Assembly: GCA_032718475.1 (NCBI GenBank)
Contig: JAUCBJ010008744.1
Location: forward strand, 62,001-126,000
Reading direction: 5' to 3'
Source: Nemertoderma westbladi
Lineage: Eukaryota > Animalia > Xenacoelomorpha
DNA length: 64,000 nucleotides
Position numbers and translations under genes: made by a program
Notes under the pieces: model-generated
What the model was told of the DNA's origin: nothing
Seen by the model: the letters and a program-made list of their open reading frames with translations, nothing else
Database searches by the model: none
In this document: in pieces, positions 21,521 to 34,055 of the stretch
Layout of the letters: every line of letters begins with the position of its first letter
How positions within the stretch are numbered: the stretch's first letter is position 1

Positions 21521-23170
21521 GTTAACCTCCCACTACTTGGAGACATTGGAATCGTTCATGGCAGGCTTACCTCGATGCATCTGGCCTGTCAGAGGCTAAT
21601 GAAAATCGACGTAAAGCCTTAATGTACCACCGTCCACCACCTTGGAATGGAAGGCCAGCGACGCCTTTCCTCCGTTCTTAATGATCATGAATTCCAGCAA
21701 AAAGCATACAAAGAAATTGTAGATGCTTTGAATAAAATGTTTGACCATGTTAATGTAATTTCCTCCCGTATTCAATTCAAAAATCGTAAACGGCTCCCTC
21801 CGGAATCTGTAGAGGAATATGTTTCTGCACTGCGAAATATTGCTCGAGACTGTATATGATGCTCTTTAAGATAGTTTCTGTTCGCGCTTTTAGACCTTTA
21901 GCAGTTTAACCTGCCAATTTTAATTGTCCTCTTGTTTATAAATCGACTTTAGCCTTTACCAATTACCTAGTGTACTGAAGTTACATCAGCCGAAGCCAGT
22001 CCGTGCGCGGCGTATGACCCACAGTTAAGGGAGACTGGATTCGGATGCTTTGACCTTATTGCGGTGTAGACCTACTGTATTATTCGATTGATCACTACTA
22101 TATAATCTCTGACAACTATTTACTTTCGGGGAAATATTAACAGTTCCTTTAGGACGTGGCGCTTTAAGTATAAAAACAGAGTTATGACTTATACTAATCA
22201 CAACTAGATGGCCACAGAGTTTCGTAAATAGCGCATTCTTTAGGAGATGCATTATTAACCTTCACACTACTTCACACTACTTTACACTAGTTCGCACTAT
22301 TCTGCCGACCGTCACTGAATTTGATCATATATAAGGAGGATTATAACTGACACACGTAGGGATTATGAAATAGCATTTAATTCACACAAAACCACTATAA
22401 TTTAAGTCGCAGTTGCTACCGGTAGACTCTATTCCTCTTACCTCAGTAATCAATAAGATTGAGGGGTTTATGATTATTTATAGGTATTCTCCAAATATAA
22501 CATCAATATCCATTAATATAACAACAATTAATACCATAAACAGAAGTAAAATAGTGCGGTGATTCAGTAATATGCAGTCAGATAGTAAACAAAGATGAAA
22601 TGAGTATAAATAAGCAATGTTACGAGATGAAGCAGTGTTTTATGCCAACAGTTTTACGTCCTTATAATCAAGGCCATCTGATGTTCCTAGGCCAAAGTCT
22701 GAAACTTCCGCACAGAAGCACAGAAATTCTGAGTTGTTCTGATTCTCAGAAAATAGTAAACAAAGACCGTAATGCATTGCGCGAGTTTCCATAGGTTTCT
22801 GTTAGCCATAAAGTGAAAATTGCTCTGATTCGCTGAATAAGACAGAACAAAGAACTTCCACGTCCACAAAGAATCAGCTGACAGATTTCGTCATCTTGGT
22901 TCTAATTCCTTCCCGTCGCGTAGTTGGATAGTTTTAGGGCTATTTTAGAGTATTCTGCGCATTGCGTAAAAATGACGTCCGCAACAGCTTTTACAGTTTC
23001 ATTCGTGCAACTTGCAGAGTACCATAAAATACCTAAGGTACGTGAAAAACTCATAAGTGAGGCACCAGAAATAGAGAAAGAGAAAGCCATTACGTTGTGC
23101 AAATTAGCTGAGGAAGGACAAAAAAGGAAAGGAAAGTGAGGAAGGAAGGAAACAAACCATCATAAACCGT
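21521..23170 (+). mobile_element. Ty3/Gypsy gag relic split by a solo LTR
   Basis: WRHWNRSWQAYLDASGL..RRKALMYH..LGMEG..FKNRKRLPPESVEEYVSALRNIARDC. After the insertion it continues IR(D)QLAE..VREKLISEAPEIEKEKAITLC. This matches the invertebrate Gypsy Gag N-terminal pattern. It has stops and frameshifts. Confidence 0.78.
21879..22995 (-). mobile_element. Solo LTR (1117 bp, TG...CA) with 5-bp TSD GTTTC; relative of 17283-18462 in the opposite orientation
   Basis: Starts TGTTCGCGCTTT and ends GCTTTTACA. GTTTC at 21874-21878 and 22996-23000. Removal rejoins gag codons GAT AGT TTC-ATT CGT. Confidence 0.88.
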
Positions 23171-24650
23171 ACATTACGAAAAGAGGACCGCCATTATTTG
23201 GTTTGGACTTGTTTAAGTTATTTGGTTTGTATGTCACCAATCGGAAAATTAATAATCATAATATAAAAGCACTCCAGGTAGATGAATACAAAAACACGTC
23301 AAAGAAGAAAATATTGCCAGGGGGGGTAACCCTTTTGAAAAGTACCTTTTCATTTTATAACTAACAGAACTATTTAGAATTAATCCATTGGAACTAAAGA
23401 CGTTTCTTATTAGAACAATGAACAAGTGGCGTTTGGAATATTACTAAAATTATTAAATAATTTCCGTATGAAATTAAGATTCAAAACTTTTTTTGGTTAA
23501 ACAAATCATATTTTCCATTTAGGTATTTAGGTACATTTTATATTGTTAGAAAACGTCGCCAATTTAATATTGACGGCAAATTATCAACAAATGCAGCAGT
23601 AGACGAGGAGTTTTTAGGCAGTCCCAGGAGCCTTTTAACGAAAGTTGTTGTAACTTTATCTACTTCTTTCAGATTTGGAAGTGTAAAATATGGCGCAATC
23701 TCTGTGAAAGCATAGCTTTCAATCGAAATTCAAATAGAAAATGTTCATTCCAGTTTCAATTGATATTAATTGGAGATATTTGAGGCAGCCAATCGCAGCA
23801 AAAGCTTTCCTCTTTCTTATTGTTGTTTTGAAATACCAAGGACGGTTTCATTGTAACCCTGAGATATTCATATTCGTTACAGAGTTCTATTTCCTCCTCC
23901 TGTCCTGCGATTGCTAATGAGTCTGATATTTTAAGAATTGACAGAGAACGCCAAAAAGAGTAAGTGTGCTGCTGTAAGGTATAAAAAATTTATTCTCAAA
24001 ATTCAGAAACAAGTTTTAGTGAATTTTTAGTGTCTATGATATTAGAATCATTATTATTAATAATACTGTGGATAATATTACAATAATAAAATGTATGATT
24101 AAGAATATCAAAATGTTGTATCATAAACTTCCCAGAATGATAATTTACGTGAATATCTGGTGTACATAAATTGAATTTCAGGGATGACTAGACATAGGTG
24201 AGATCCAGTCCAGTTCAAGAGGGACTTTCAATAAGATATATCCCATTGATTACTAACCATAATAATACGTTGTACAGTAACTATAATATTCAATATGTAG
24301 CAAAAGTAAGAAATCGGAAGAATGAATGAAGATACTTTAAATTGGGTCAGACAATACTGTATAATATACTTTTTGTAATAAAGTATAAAAGTCAGTGAAG
24401 TAAAAATGTGGTGTAATAATAAGTGAATTGTTGATGTGGTGTAAGGTTATACTTCGGCCACACGCCTTTATGAACGGTCAGCTTAACCCTTTGTATTATT
24501 ACAATGATAGCAACAGTGGCAGGGGCACACACACACTTAAAGAATCAATATACTTCTAGTCCAATTGAAGATCATTTTTAGAAATTGTAACATTTTTAGT
24601 CTAATTTTAGTAGCCCTTTTTTGTTTTATTTTGATTTTTTTTTAATTATG

Positions 24651-24651
<1 letters not shown>

Positions 24652-24694
<43 letters not shown>

Positions 24695-24745
24695 ATTATA
24701 TATTAACCGTTATTAATAATATATATATATATATATACATATAAT
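24652..24745. repeat. (AT)n microsatellites
   Basis: Two TA runs read directly. Confidence 0.9.
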
Positions 24746-25137
24746 TATTTTGAATTATATATGAGTGTGTAAGAGTGTATATGTAAGAGTGTTTTGTTTA
24801 TCTGTCATATCTGAAATACTTAATACATCGTATAGCCAGCCAGTCGCCTGGACAAATTAAGTAAGCGATGATAATTTCGTTCATTGGGAATACAAATAAA
24901 GTCAACTTGAAACACTTGGATGGAATGTTACTTTCGGTTTCAATAATGTAGCAGATATTTAAAACAATAAAATAAACTAGAACTCGAATACAACATCCTA
25001 AAACATATAACTAAATAAATTTGTTAACTTACAAAATAATTATTTTATTTATATACATTTAATTTCAACAAAATATAATCCATATATACAGAGTTAAATA
25101 AAACCATCGGAAACGAAATTAAATTGCTCATTCGGGT

Positions 25138-26901
25138 TTATTTATTGCCTCTAGCCAGACCGTCCTGCAGTGTTTTATTATACTCGTGTATAAGTTTCCC
25201 CACTGATCGCTGTAGAGGTCTAACATCGCTCTCCATTGTCTTTGCTGATATGAACTCTTGTATTGTCTGGTTATTGTTCTCGTGGGTCTGCCATCGGCGC
25301 TCCAGGTTGTTGAGCTGTGTGAACGTCTCGTTGTCGTTCAACTGATGTTTCCCCAATTCGTACTGACTGGACAACCGACTGACCTCCGCTTTAAGGGCGT
25401 CTCGTTTCTTCTTGAAACTCACTTTATCCTCGACCAACTTCTGTTTCCGTACCTCCCCGTCGGCCCTCAACCCTTCCGTGTTCCGGTACTCCACCAACTC
25501 CGATCGCATCTCCTCCAACCGTTTCTTCATCATCGTCATCTCCTGGAGCAGTTTCGGCTCCAACTGTTCCATCTTATCCAACTCCGCCTGACACCGCTGC
25601 CGCTCGCCAGCCAAGCCGCTGGTTGTCGTCTGACTCTTAGCCAACTCGCTAGATTTGAAGTTCAACTCGTCCTTCACGGTCGCCAAATCCGAGGGATTGG
25701 GAATCTGTCGGGTGTGAGCGAGACCTCGACTTATAGTCTCTAGTAGAGTGACCACCTGCTGCTCAGATACTCCCAGTTTGTCCTCCTCTATCTTCTTTGT
25801 TTCATCGTAACCACTAAGAAATTCGTCCATCGTTTGTTCTCTCTTCTTCAACTCTACGAGTTTCTGGTTCCTCTCGCTCTGACTGTCCTCTATATCTGCG
25901 TTCATCGCAGCTATATCCTCGTCTATCTGTGTGGATCGCTCCTTAATCTCCTGTATCTGACGCTCCATCTGCGTGATCCCCTGGTTGTCCTCCTTCACCT
26001 GTTGTAAGAGTCTCTCTCGCTCTTCCTGCGGCGAGTCTCGACTCTGCATCTCTTCCTGGAGTTGCCGCTTCTTCCCTTCCAACTCGTGCAGCCTCCCGTA
26101 CAGTTGCACAGCCTCCTGTTTCATGGGATTGGCGGCAACTTCATGTTCCAGGACCTGTTCCTTAGCGACCAAGGCTTCCAGCTGCTGTTGCTGAGCTTCC
26201 AAAGCCGCTTCCAATTCTCCGCTCTGCACTCGCAACACGTCGTACTGCCGTCGCATTTGCTGCTCCATGTTACTGACTATAGAATCCGCAAAACTCTGAA
26301 TGTCCCTCATCTCTTCCTCCAACCGTTTTATCTGTTCCTCTTTATCGTGTCGCTCCGCGAATATATTATCCATCGTCTTCTCCTCCATGTTGTTTTGATG
26401 TTTCAGTTCTTCCCAATCGGCTTCAACATCGTCCATATCAGCGTCAGTATTGAGTTTATCGCACAACGTATTGTAATCCCCGAGCTCCCCTTGTAGGTCC
26501 TTCAGCTCGTTGGCTAAGGCCTCTGCGCGTTTCTCGTACGACAGATAGGCGGCGTTCTCATCCGTCGTTGTCCCGATATCCTTCTGTAATCGCGCACATT
26601 CCGTCTTTAGCTCATTTATCTTCGTTCGGAGGAGTCCGAGGTAGTAGGATTTATCGAGGACCTGTCTGCGGCCGGATGCCGTACCCAGGCGCATTCCGCC
26701 GAGGCCCTGCTGCGTGATGGGTCGGTCGGCCACGTTGATCGCCGTCTGTAGGGCCACCCCGGTACCGGTGGCGCCGCCACGGGTCCCCGGACGGGCGGTT
26801 CCCGGTGGCATCCCCGTCGACGTCGCCATACCCGTCCGCATACCGGAAGCCGTCCGTTGTCCAGATCCCCAGATCCCGCCGCGAGTTCCTGGACGATCCA
26901 T
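25138..26901 (-). CDS. IFT74: Intraflagellar transport protein 74, full length (587 aa), single uninterrupted ORF
   Basis: Basic Gly/Arg-rich N-terminus (PPGTARPGTRG), RPITQQGLGGM, RQVLDKSYYLGLLR, long coiled coil, and C-terminal LNDNETFTQLNNLERRWQ..EFI match IFT74 as I recall it. Confidence 0.95.
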   Translation of the reverse strand: MDRPGTRGGIWGSGQRTASGMRTGMATSTGMPPGTARPGTRGGATGTGVALQTAINVADRPITQQGLGGMRLGTASGRRQVLDKSYYLGLLRTKINELKTECARLQKDIGTTTDENAAYLSYEKRAEALANELKDLQGELGDYNTLCDKLNTDADMDDVEADWEELKHQNNMEEKTMDNIFAERHDKEEQIKRLEEEMRDIQSFADSIVSNMEQQMRRQYDVLRVQSGELEAALEAQQQQLEALVAKEQVLEHEVAANPMKQEAVQLYGRLHELEGKKRQLQEEMQSRDSPQEERERLLQQVKEDNQGITQMERQIQEIKERSTQIDEDIAAMNADIEDSQSERNQKLVELKKREQTMDEFLSGYDETKKIEEDKLGVSEQQVVTLLETISRGLAHTRQIPNPSDLATVKDELNFKSSELAKSQTTTSGLAGERQRCQAELDKMEQLEPKLLQEMTMMKKRLEEMRSELVEYRNTEGLRADGEVRKQKLVEDKVSFKKKRDALKAEVSRLSSQYELGKHQLNDNETFTQLNNLERRWQTHENNNQTIQEFISAKTMESDVRPLQRSVGKLIHEYNKTLQDGLARGNK

Positions 26902-27604
26902 TTAGGTTTACAGTCTCACTACCTGATTCCAGAATACTGTGATTATTTTGTATTTCCGTGCCAAAGCACAGGCCCTGATTATGCCTATGCTGTTATGACT
27001 GTCTGACTGTACCTGCTGTATGAATTCTGCAATTTGTAATTCTGAACTCAACTGTAAAACTGGCTGACACTGACTGAGGCAGTGAGGAAATACAGAAAAT
27101 AGGCCTACCGCTGTAAGCTGTAGGCTACCGGTATTCTGTAGGGTACCGTATGAAGGGGAAGGTGTCAGGGTGTAGGTAGGGCTGTAGGCAGGTAGGCCTA
27201 TTCCAGTATTCTGTAGGGTAATGGAAATGGGCTTATACTGTTAACTGGTTAAGGAGTATACCAGTATATTGAATACTGGAATACTGGTATAGCTTTAGGC
27301 ATATAGGCTGATACAGTGATAGGCCTAATGTGTAATTTTGATCTCCTACCGGTCTGCCGGTGCCGGTAGTTCATAGTTCAGGAGTTAGGGTAGGGTTCAC
27401 TGGTTCATGTTCGGTGTCCAACAGTCCGATAAATTAATTTTACAGTAGTCTAAATCAGTCGTCAGTAAAAGTCGTCAGGGTGTACTGCAGTACTGTATCG
27501 CAGTATCGGCTGCATGGGCTGAACGTGAAACGGTACCGGAATTATGTGGAAGGCCTAATTCAGAAACAATTGCTGAATTATCACTATAAACTTGTGCTGT
27601 TACA

Positions 27605-27651
27605 GTAACCAGGCAACAAACAATGTTTATTTAGAAGTGTCGCCTGGTAAC
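27605..27651. promoter_or_regulatory. Two RFX X-box motifs upstream of IFT74
   Basis: GTAACC-A-GGCAAC (27605-27617) and GTCGCC-T-GGTAAC (27639-27651) both fit GTNRCC-N(0-3)-RGYAAC and lie ~700-750 bp 5' of the ATG. Confidence 0.8.
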
Positions 27652-29099
27652 GAAAATATTAAATACTCTAATATTTAAAGGCAGTTATTTTTTATGTCCC
27701 ATTTTTTGTTTTGTCCCCTTTTTTGTTACTGTTTTTACCTATTTTTTTCTCTAAATCCTGAAATACCTTTAAGTCCTCTTTTATTGGTGTTTTATCCCAT
27801 TTTTTTCCATCATTCTGACTGTACTGAAGCAACATCCAGAATATGATTCACACAGTACAGCAGTAAACTACGTACAGTCGTACTCAAACTATATAAAAAA
27901 ATACACGAAAATTTCTGGATATGTTTGTCATAGCCATAGGTAGTCGATTTCCACGCGACTGAAGCAAAACACTCTTTTTCTAACCAAAAACAACTACCAA
28001 TATAGCGAAAGGTGTTAAAGCTTTTGCGACTAAAATACACTTTATTAGCAATGCGCTGTTCTACTCCAAAGCCATAGAAATGATGGAGTATTTAGATAGG
28101 ATTTATAAAACTGATGAATTCTAGGTAAGAGTCTAGGCCATAAAAGCCGCACACCCTGACGTGTTCATTTTTGGTTTCATTTTCTACATTTCCTTACCTC
28201 CTCCTTAGTGGTTAAATTCAGTACTATATTTGAAATTTTTTGCATTTTGTTGGTGGCAAATATAATGCCTTCTAAAATCCCTATGTAGGCCTACTATTTG
28301 TGTCTGTCCAGTAGATACGTGAAGCATTCAGCTATCCTATCCATTCATAACTTAAACTCAATTTTTTTAGGATTTGGATATAGACGGTTTTTACTCTCAA
28401 CCCAAGTCTAGTTGTACAGTAGTTCTCTACGCGTCGCCGCGCTGATAATAACTGAAGGCTGGTGCCTGTGGAAATAAAATAGAGTTTGATCTTATTGCTT
28501 GATGTTATTGAGTCTCTGATATTGATTAGTAGATAATACAACACAATAATTGATATAACAGTATAATATAGCGGGTGACGGTGAAAAGCTATGTAACTAT
28601 TACACCAACAAAATAGCCAACTGAACTAAGTCACATGATGACAGTATATGTGGAAAATTTGGGGGAATGTATACAGTCCTAACACGTAAGGATTGACCAA
28701 CCAATCGATACACCTTTGATCGCCAGCTGTGGCCCTCCCATTGGTCGGCTTATTCCACTCCTACAATCCCATGTCCCCCCTGCCCTGTGTTGGCCTCTCT
28801 CCCCTGAGATGGGTTGTTAAATCATCTCCTGGCTAACATTGCTTCCTATATTCTCTGGTATCTGGTATGCAATATTGGCTACATACCTGAATTGATTCGT
28901 AAATCAGTTCACCTCCCCATTCTGCCGGTAGGTGGCGTATAGCGGAATGGATCTGCTTACAGTTTTCGGCAAAATTGCTGCTCAGCAGGCAGGAAACTGT
29001 TGTTGTTGCAGTTGTACAGTAGTTGTGGCAACAGTTGTAGTTGCCACAACAGACTAAGTGACACTTTGCAGATTTTGTCCTGATTATAGGCTGCGTGTT

Positions 29100-29160
29100 T
29101 GGTGAGAACGCTGACCAGTCTGCCACTAGGGGGCGAAATGTCAGAAAGTGAAAACCTTCT
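29100..29160 (+). repeat. Isolated fragment related to the 34.7-37.3 kb element subunit, with CTCF-like core CCACTAGGGGGCG
   Basis: CCAGTCTGCCACTAGGGGGCGAAATGTCAGAAAGTGAAA resembles CCAGTCTGCCGCTAGAGGGCCAAATGTCTGAAAGTGAAA at ~35395. Confidence 0.7.
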
Positions 29161-29599
29161 CCCAATTTGTTATTTGTAATGTATTTTAGGTCAATTTCAA
29201 TTTCAATCCGGGATAGACCCGGGCCTTTAATTTCGGAAGTTCACCTTTCGATATCGTCATATATTGCAAAAAACCCAACACCAAAGGTCACCATAAAATG
29301 TTTAAGGTTGATCAGTATTTAATCATGAATGTGGGTGATATGATAGGCCTAATGATAATATGCCGTAGCCGTGGGGTGTTGGGGTACAGCCAGTGGTCAG
29401 CTGTAGCAAAGCTAGTATAGATTTCCACTGGTGCATGACTGTGAAAGGTTTAGTGTATTGATCAGGAGAGGGGGGAGGGGGGGGGGGGGGGGTGTTACTC
29501 GATAGATTCGAAAGGAGATAATTTAGGTGCTCGGAATGTAAAAAGCATGTTTATGAAATAGTTGCTAGCTAGTGGGACCCATCAGGAATATACTGCACA

Positions 29600-29930
29600 T
29601 TGGATATATTGGAGATGTTTTATTGTATATAAGTCAAACATAGATAAATACAGTATAGGTCTAACTAGAGTATGGACAATATGCCTAATGTCGCAAAGTG
29701 GATACTTTATTTGTGGAATCTTTACCAGCTTCAAGACAAGGCATCGAGAAAACGTTTTTTTTAATTTATTTGCTAGGGCATTTTTAGATAGTGAGTTATT
29801 AAGTTCTAAGGGTAAATCATTCCAAATTTTAGGTCCTGTATATTTTAAAGAATTTTGGGAAAGTTGTAAGCGGACACGAGGGACAAAGAACTTTTGTGTA
29901 GAAGCAGATATTGTTCTTTGAGAAAATAGC
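29600..29930 (-). mobile_element. Short CR1/L2-group LINE 3'-end fragment
   Basis: Minus-strand translation FFVPRVRLQLSQNSLKYTGPKIWNDLPLEL...NKLKK is the typical ORF2 C-terminal motif. Boundaries are approximate. Confidence 0.65.
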
Positions 29931-31229
29931 TTTCGAATGAGCCTAAAACGAACTTCGTTCGACCACTAGAACTGGAGATTATATATTTTGAAGATCTCCG
30001 ATGACATATAAGTTTATTCTGCATAATCCCGCAAAGACCTCAGAGTCCCTTATTCGAGTCCCGACATTGTTCCGGAGAATTGAAGTTGTCTTATAAACAG
30101 ACCAGTAGGTCCAATAATCATAAAAAAATACCTTTTCAATTAAAGTTTGGTGCTCTTTCTCGTGGAGACATCCAATTGGCACCACAAAGCACAGAAATTT
30201 GCAGAAATTGAATGCAAACCCCAAACTTCACTGCATTTACCGATATCGCGATATATCGGAGCCAGTATCTTCTACCCCAAATATCTCGAAAACTACTGTA
30301 AGTAAGATATGGGAAAACGGTTTCCATATTTGAATTCAGCATAAAATTCTGCATCAGATAGGACATATTTCAAAAATTCGACTTTTTGGTCAGAAAATGC
30401 GCTACCCCCCCCCCCCCCCCCCCCCCCTTAATTGTGACTCAACTATTGGAACTACACTATTCGATTAATTTTGACTCAACTTTTGGAACTACATTTTGTT
30501 CGAGTCACTAATAGACAAAACTGAACTGTGCGACTGAATTATACAATATGGGAACCAACCATCTACACCAAATCTAAAATGTATATCTTTATGAGACGTC
30601 TTTTATTTCAACTAGAATTAATAGGGACAATAATATGCTAACAATTGGCAAACAAAATTATTGTGTTTTCGAATTAAAATGCCCATATACGGATCGGATG
30701 TCGTTATTGTCATTATTGCTATTCCGTTAATTGTCATAATAAATCTGTCAATTATATAAGAAACAACAGTATTTATACAAACTGCACTGCCCTTGTAGTC
30801 TCTCGAGTAGGCCTTTCGTCGAACTTTGCCAACTTCTCTGTACCACCATTATACTGTATAATAATTAATAAACAATACACTGAGTTAATACAAAGTAATT
30901 AGAGATTACCATCTCCTGTACATTGGCTAAATTTGACACACCGTACTTAAAGTATGTACTGGGAAAGGTTGCTGTATGCAGAATATATTCAGTTGTAATC
31001 TACAGTAATATTAGTATGCAGCACGGTAAGCGAGCCCCCTAGCCAATTGGAGCACCAATGTAATTGGTGTCTCCATGGTGATATATTGTTAAATGTAATC
31101 ATCCAAGCTCTAGGCCTGCCAGGAATACCGTTTGTCAATTTATTTACGTTGCGTATTTTTTTCTGCTGTAGTGCTACAGTACAAAGAAAAAATTTTCAAA
31201 CTGTTAAAATTTGCGTTGGTTTGAAGCTA

Positions 31230-32034
31230 TACATACTGTAGGGGTTTTCAAGGCCGCTGATCACGATACAACTCGTTAAAATAATTTATGGTAACGCAAC
31301 TATCATTTTTGCTGCTTGTCTGATGGGAAGAAAAAAACAAGTAGCGTAAAATTTCAAACGGCAAAAAACGAATTTGGTTGGATAATACTGTACGATAGGC
31401 CCTATATTTTTAGTGTCATATTCGTGATCAGAATCCCAGAAAACCCCTAATGTCATAAAATCAGGTTGATTTGGATTTTTCATTATGAAATTTGTGCTAC
31501 GTGTATTTTTTGTGCCACATATTAACACGTATCCAAAAAAGCCGTAATCAATAAGGTACAATATTATTCAGTGTCATATTCGTGACCAGCATCCTAAAAA
31601 CACATGGTCATAAAATCAATTTGAATTCGTGTGATTTTTCATTATCATATTTCCACTACTTGTTTTTCATGCCCCAGGGCCCCGCACTTTTAAAATTACC
31701 AATAATTTTCTCGAATGTTTTATTTGAGTTCTATAATCGTGATCAGCATCCAAAAAACCGATATATACCGCAAATAAATTAATTTTAGTGAACTATCAAA
31801 ACTTTGGAAAATTTTAGCACGAAAAATACTGGAGATGTGTGTCAGAAAGGGACCACAACACGAAAACTAACATGCCATGTAAACGGCTTTTCCGCCCTGT
31901 CTGGATAGCCTAATAAATTTTAGGAAAAGTCACGAAATCTCGGTTTTACAAACAAATCTGACTTAAAAATACATATAAACTACTGTACAATAAATTTATA
32001 AAATGACCCCCCACCCCGGGCCAAATAGGGTTAA
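31230..32034. mobile_element. Probable non-autonomous DNA-transposon relic (piggyBac-like right end)
   Basis: Recurring CGTGA(T/C)CAG(A/C)ATCC motifs at ~31420, 31580 and 31740, and an end ..AAATAGGG-TTAA. No matching left end found. Confidence 0.35.
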
Positions 32035-32696
32035 GCAACGAAAAAGTACCTATTTCAGAAAATAATTTCGTATTGCATGGGGAAAAAAATTTTATTTTTT
32101 TTTTCAATTTGTCTTATTTAGTTCATTTTATTAAGTTGAAAAATGCATAATATAAGTACTGGCCGGGGGAAGAGTGCACCCGGGCCGCCAAGTCATTAAA
32201 CGGGCCCTGCTAGTAGCCACCCATTTTAGTGATGTACGGGTACATTTTTAATCCCATAACTATAAAATATATGTGTATATTTTTTCATGTGATGAAAATG
32301 CTGAGATCGAAGTCTTTCAGAAAAACACCCTTTATCTTAATAAAAACGGTTAAATGCGACTGGGAACCTGAAATTTATTTTATAATAAATTACAGAGGTA
32401 TATTCAATCATTACTTACTCGCTATCGAAATAGAAAGGAATGTTAGAAAATATAACTTCATCATTAAGTTCGGAAATCATATTTTAATAATGAAAGGCAA
32501 TGCAGCACAAATATATAAGTAATAATTTGAATTAAGATCTAGAGCATTACGTACTAGTGATAAATATTTAATTGTGTAATATAATTATAATATATATAAT
32601 ATATTCGGGGTATATTCGAGGTATAGACGGGGTATAAGGAGATACAGTGTACGTGTACCTACTTAGTACCAGAGAGTGATAATTGGCATACAGGAC

Positions 32697-33073
32697 AGGG
32701 GTATACAGCAAACTTCGCCCGCGTCCAATCTTCGCCCGGAGCAATCTTGCCCTCAAAATGGGCAACTATCGCCCGGCGAAACCTTCGCCCACAGGCAATC
32801 TTCGCCCGCGAGCAACCTTCGCCCAATAAACAATTATTGTTTTGTTTAGAAAAAGCCGTCTCTGTAACCTGCTCCTTTCCCTCAATTAGTAACACCATTG
32901 TTTTGGTTAGAAAAAGTCGTTCTGTAACCTGCTCCTTTCCCTCAATTTGTTACTAAAATGGTTACTAACTCAAATATTATTCGGTGAATGTTATTCGCGG
33001 GCGAAGAATACCGTGCGGGGGAAGTTTTCCCCCGGGCGAAGGTTGTACGCGGTAGAAGATTGCACCCAACCCC
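32697..33073. mobile_element. MITE-like element with inverted subterminal repeat clusters
   Basis: Left arm has multiple CTTCGCCC(G) motifs. Right arm has the complement CGGGCGAAG and ends GAAGATTGCACCCAACCC. Internal ~60-bp direct duplication (..GTTTAGAAAAAGCCG..TGTAACCTGCTCCTTTCCCTCAATT). Confidence 0.6.
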
Positions 33074-33429
33074 TACAGGCCCTAAATGATTAGACAAATT
33101 TACGTTGTTCTGGAAACTAAATTGGTAACTTAAGTAGTGTATGTAGTTTAAACAATAGGTAGTCATTGGACTAAAGTTTGTTTGCTTATGTTATTGCATA
33201 TGTGCACTTTTCTACCGTTTGATGTCTCTAATCAACTCCACTATAAGTAGAAAGTGTAATAATAATAAATATAAATTATACCCAAATAATTTCGGAAGCG
33301 AATTTATCGAATGCTGTACATGTAATCTGGTCCTTTCCCGCAATTGATATTAATCTTTTTAATACGCCGAAATGAACTTCTACTACTATCGGCATGCTGC
33401 ATTGCAGCTGCATTATATACTGTATGTCA

Positions 33430-34055
33430 TATGAATGCTGTGCCGGCTTGTCGACAAATTTGCGCCGCCACAACTCTCTATCACCCATGACATTTGCTAG
33501 ATCATCCGCTTCTTCAAGGCCAGTGTCCTTTAAGAGGCGTCTTAAGAAAGTCATCGGCTGTCCACCATGCTTATTCACTCCATGAGGCCGCCAAAGCACA
33601 AGATTATGCACTGACTGGTCCTCACGGCGGAGGCAATGTCCTGCAAAGCGGAGGCGGTTCCGTTCAAGTGTCAAGCTAGGGGAGACTAATGGAACACCTC
33701 CAATGTTGTATAGAGTCTCATTGGAGATGTGTTTATTGTACTTGACACAATGAACCAGGCGGAGCATTCTTGTGAATGTGCCATCCAGAGATTCGGTATC
33801 CTCTGCAGTTAGAGGCGAACATGGACTCCTACTGTATATAAGAGTAGGTACTACTGCTGCCCTAACGAACATTGAGGTTCCGTTTTAATCTATGGGACTT
33901 CCAAATCCTGGACCGACCATTCAATGCTAATGCTGCTCATGCCTCCGCCCCCCTTACGTATTTGAAGGTCTTCACCTGACATCCGGATCATGATCCCAAG
34001 TAGCAGAAGTCATGCATATACTCAAGCAAGCCATCCGTGGAGCTTATGCTAATAC
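33430..34055 (-). mobile_element. Decayed RTE-like LINE 3' fragment
   Basis: DFCYLGS, IWKS, LDGTFTRMLR, ISNETLY, RLRFAGHCLRR and WR motifs parallel the C-terminus of the 7.1-kb element but are diverged. Confidence 0.8.

Noticed and set aside
17283-22995. The ~1.1-kb inverted homology as terminal inverted repeats of one composite transposon
   Set aside because: Each copy has its own TG..CA ends and its own distinct 5-bp TSD, and they are clearly diverged, so these are two independent solo LTRs.
25124-26905. Plus-strand ORFs overlapping IFT74
   Set aside because: Antisense shadows of a coiled-coil coding sequence, with no independent motifs.
24483-32034. TTAACCCT (24483) and AGGGTTAA (32034) as ends of a piggyBac element capturing IFT74
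   Set aside because: The match is only ~8-9 bp and does not extend inward; it is expected by chance in AT-rich DNA.
27810-32522. Short AT-rich ORFs of 60-120 aa
   Set aside because: No recognisable domains; they overlap decayed transposon fragments or low-complexity DNA.
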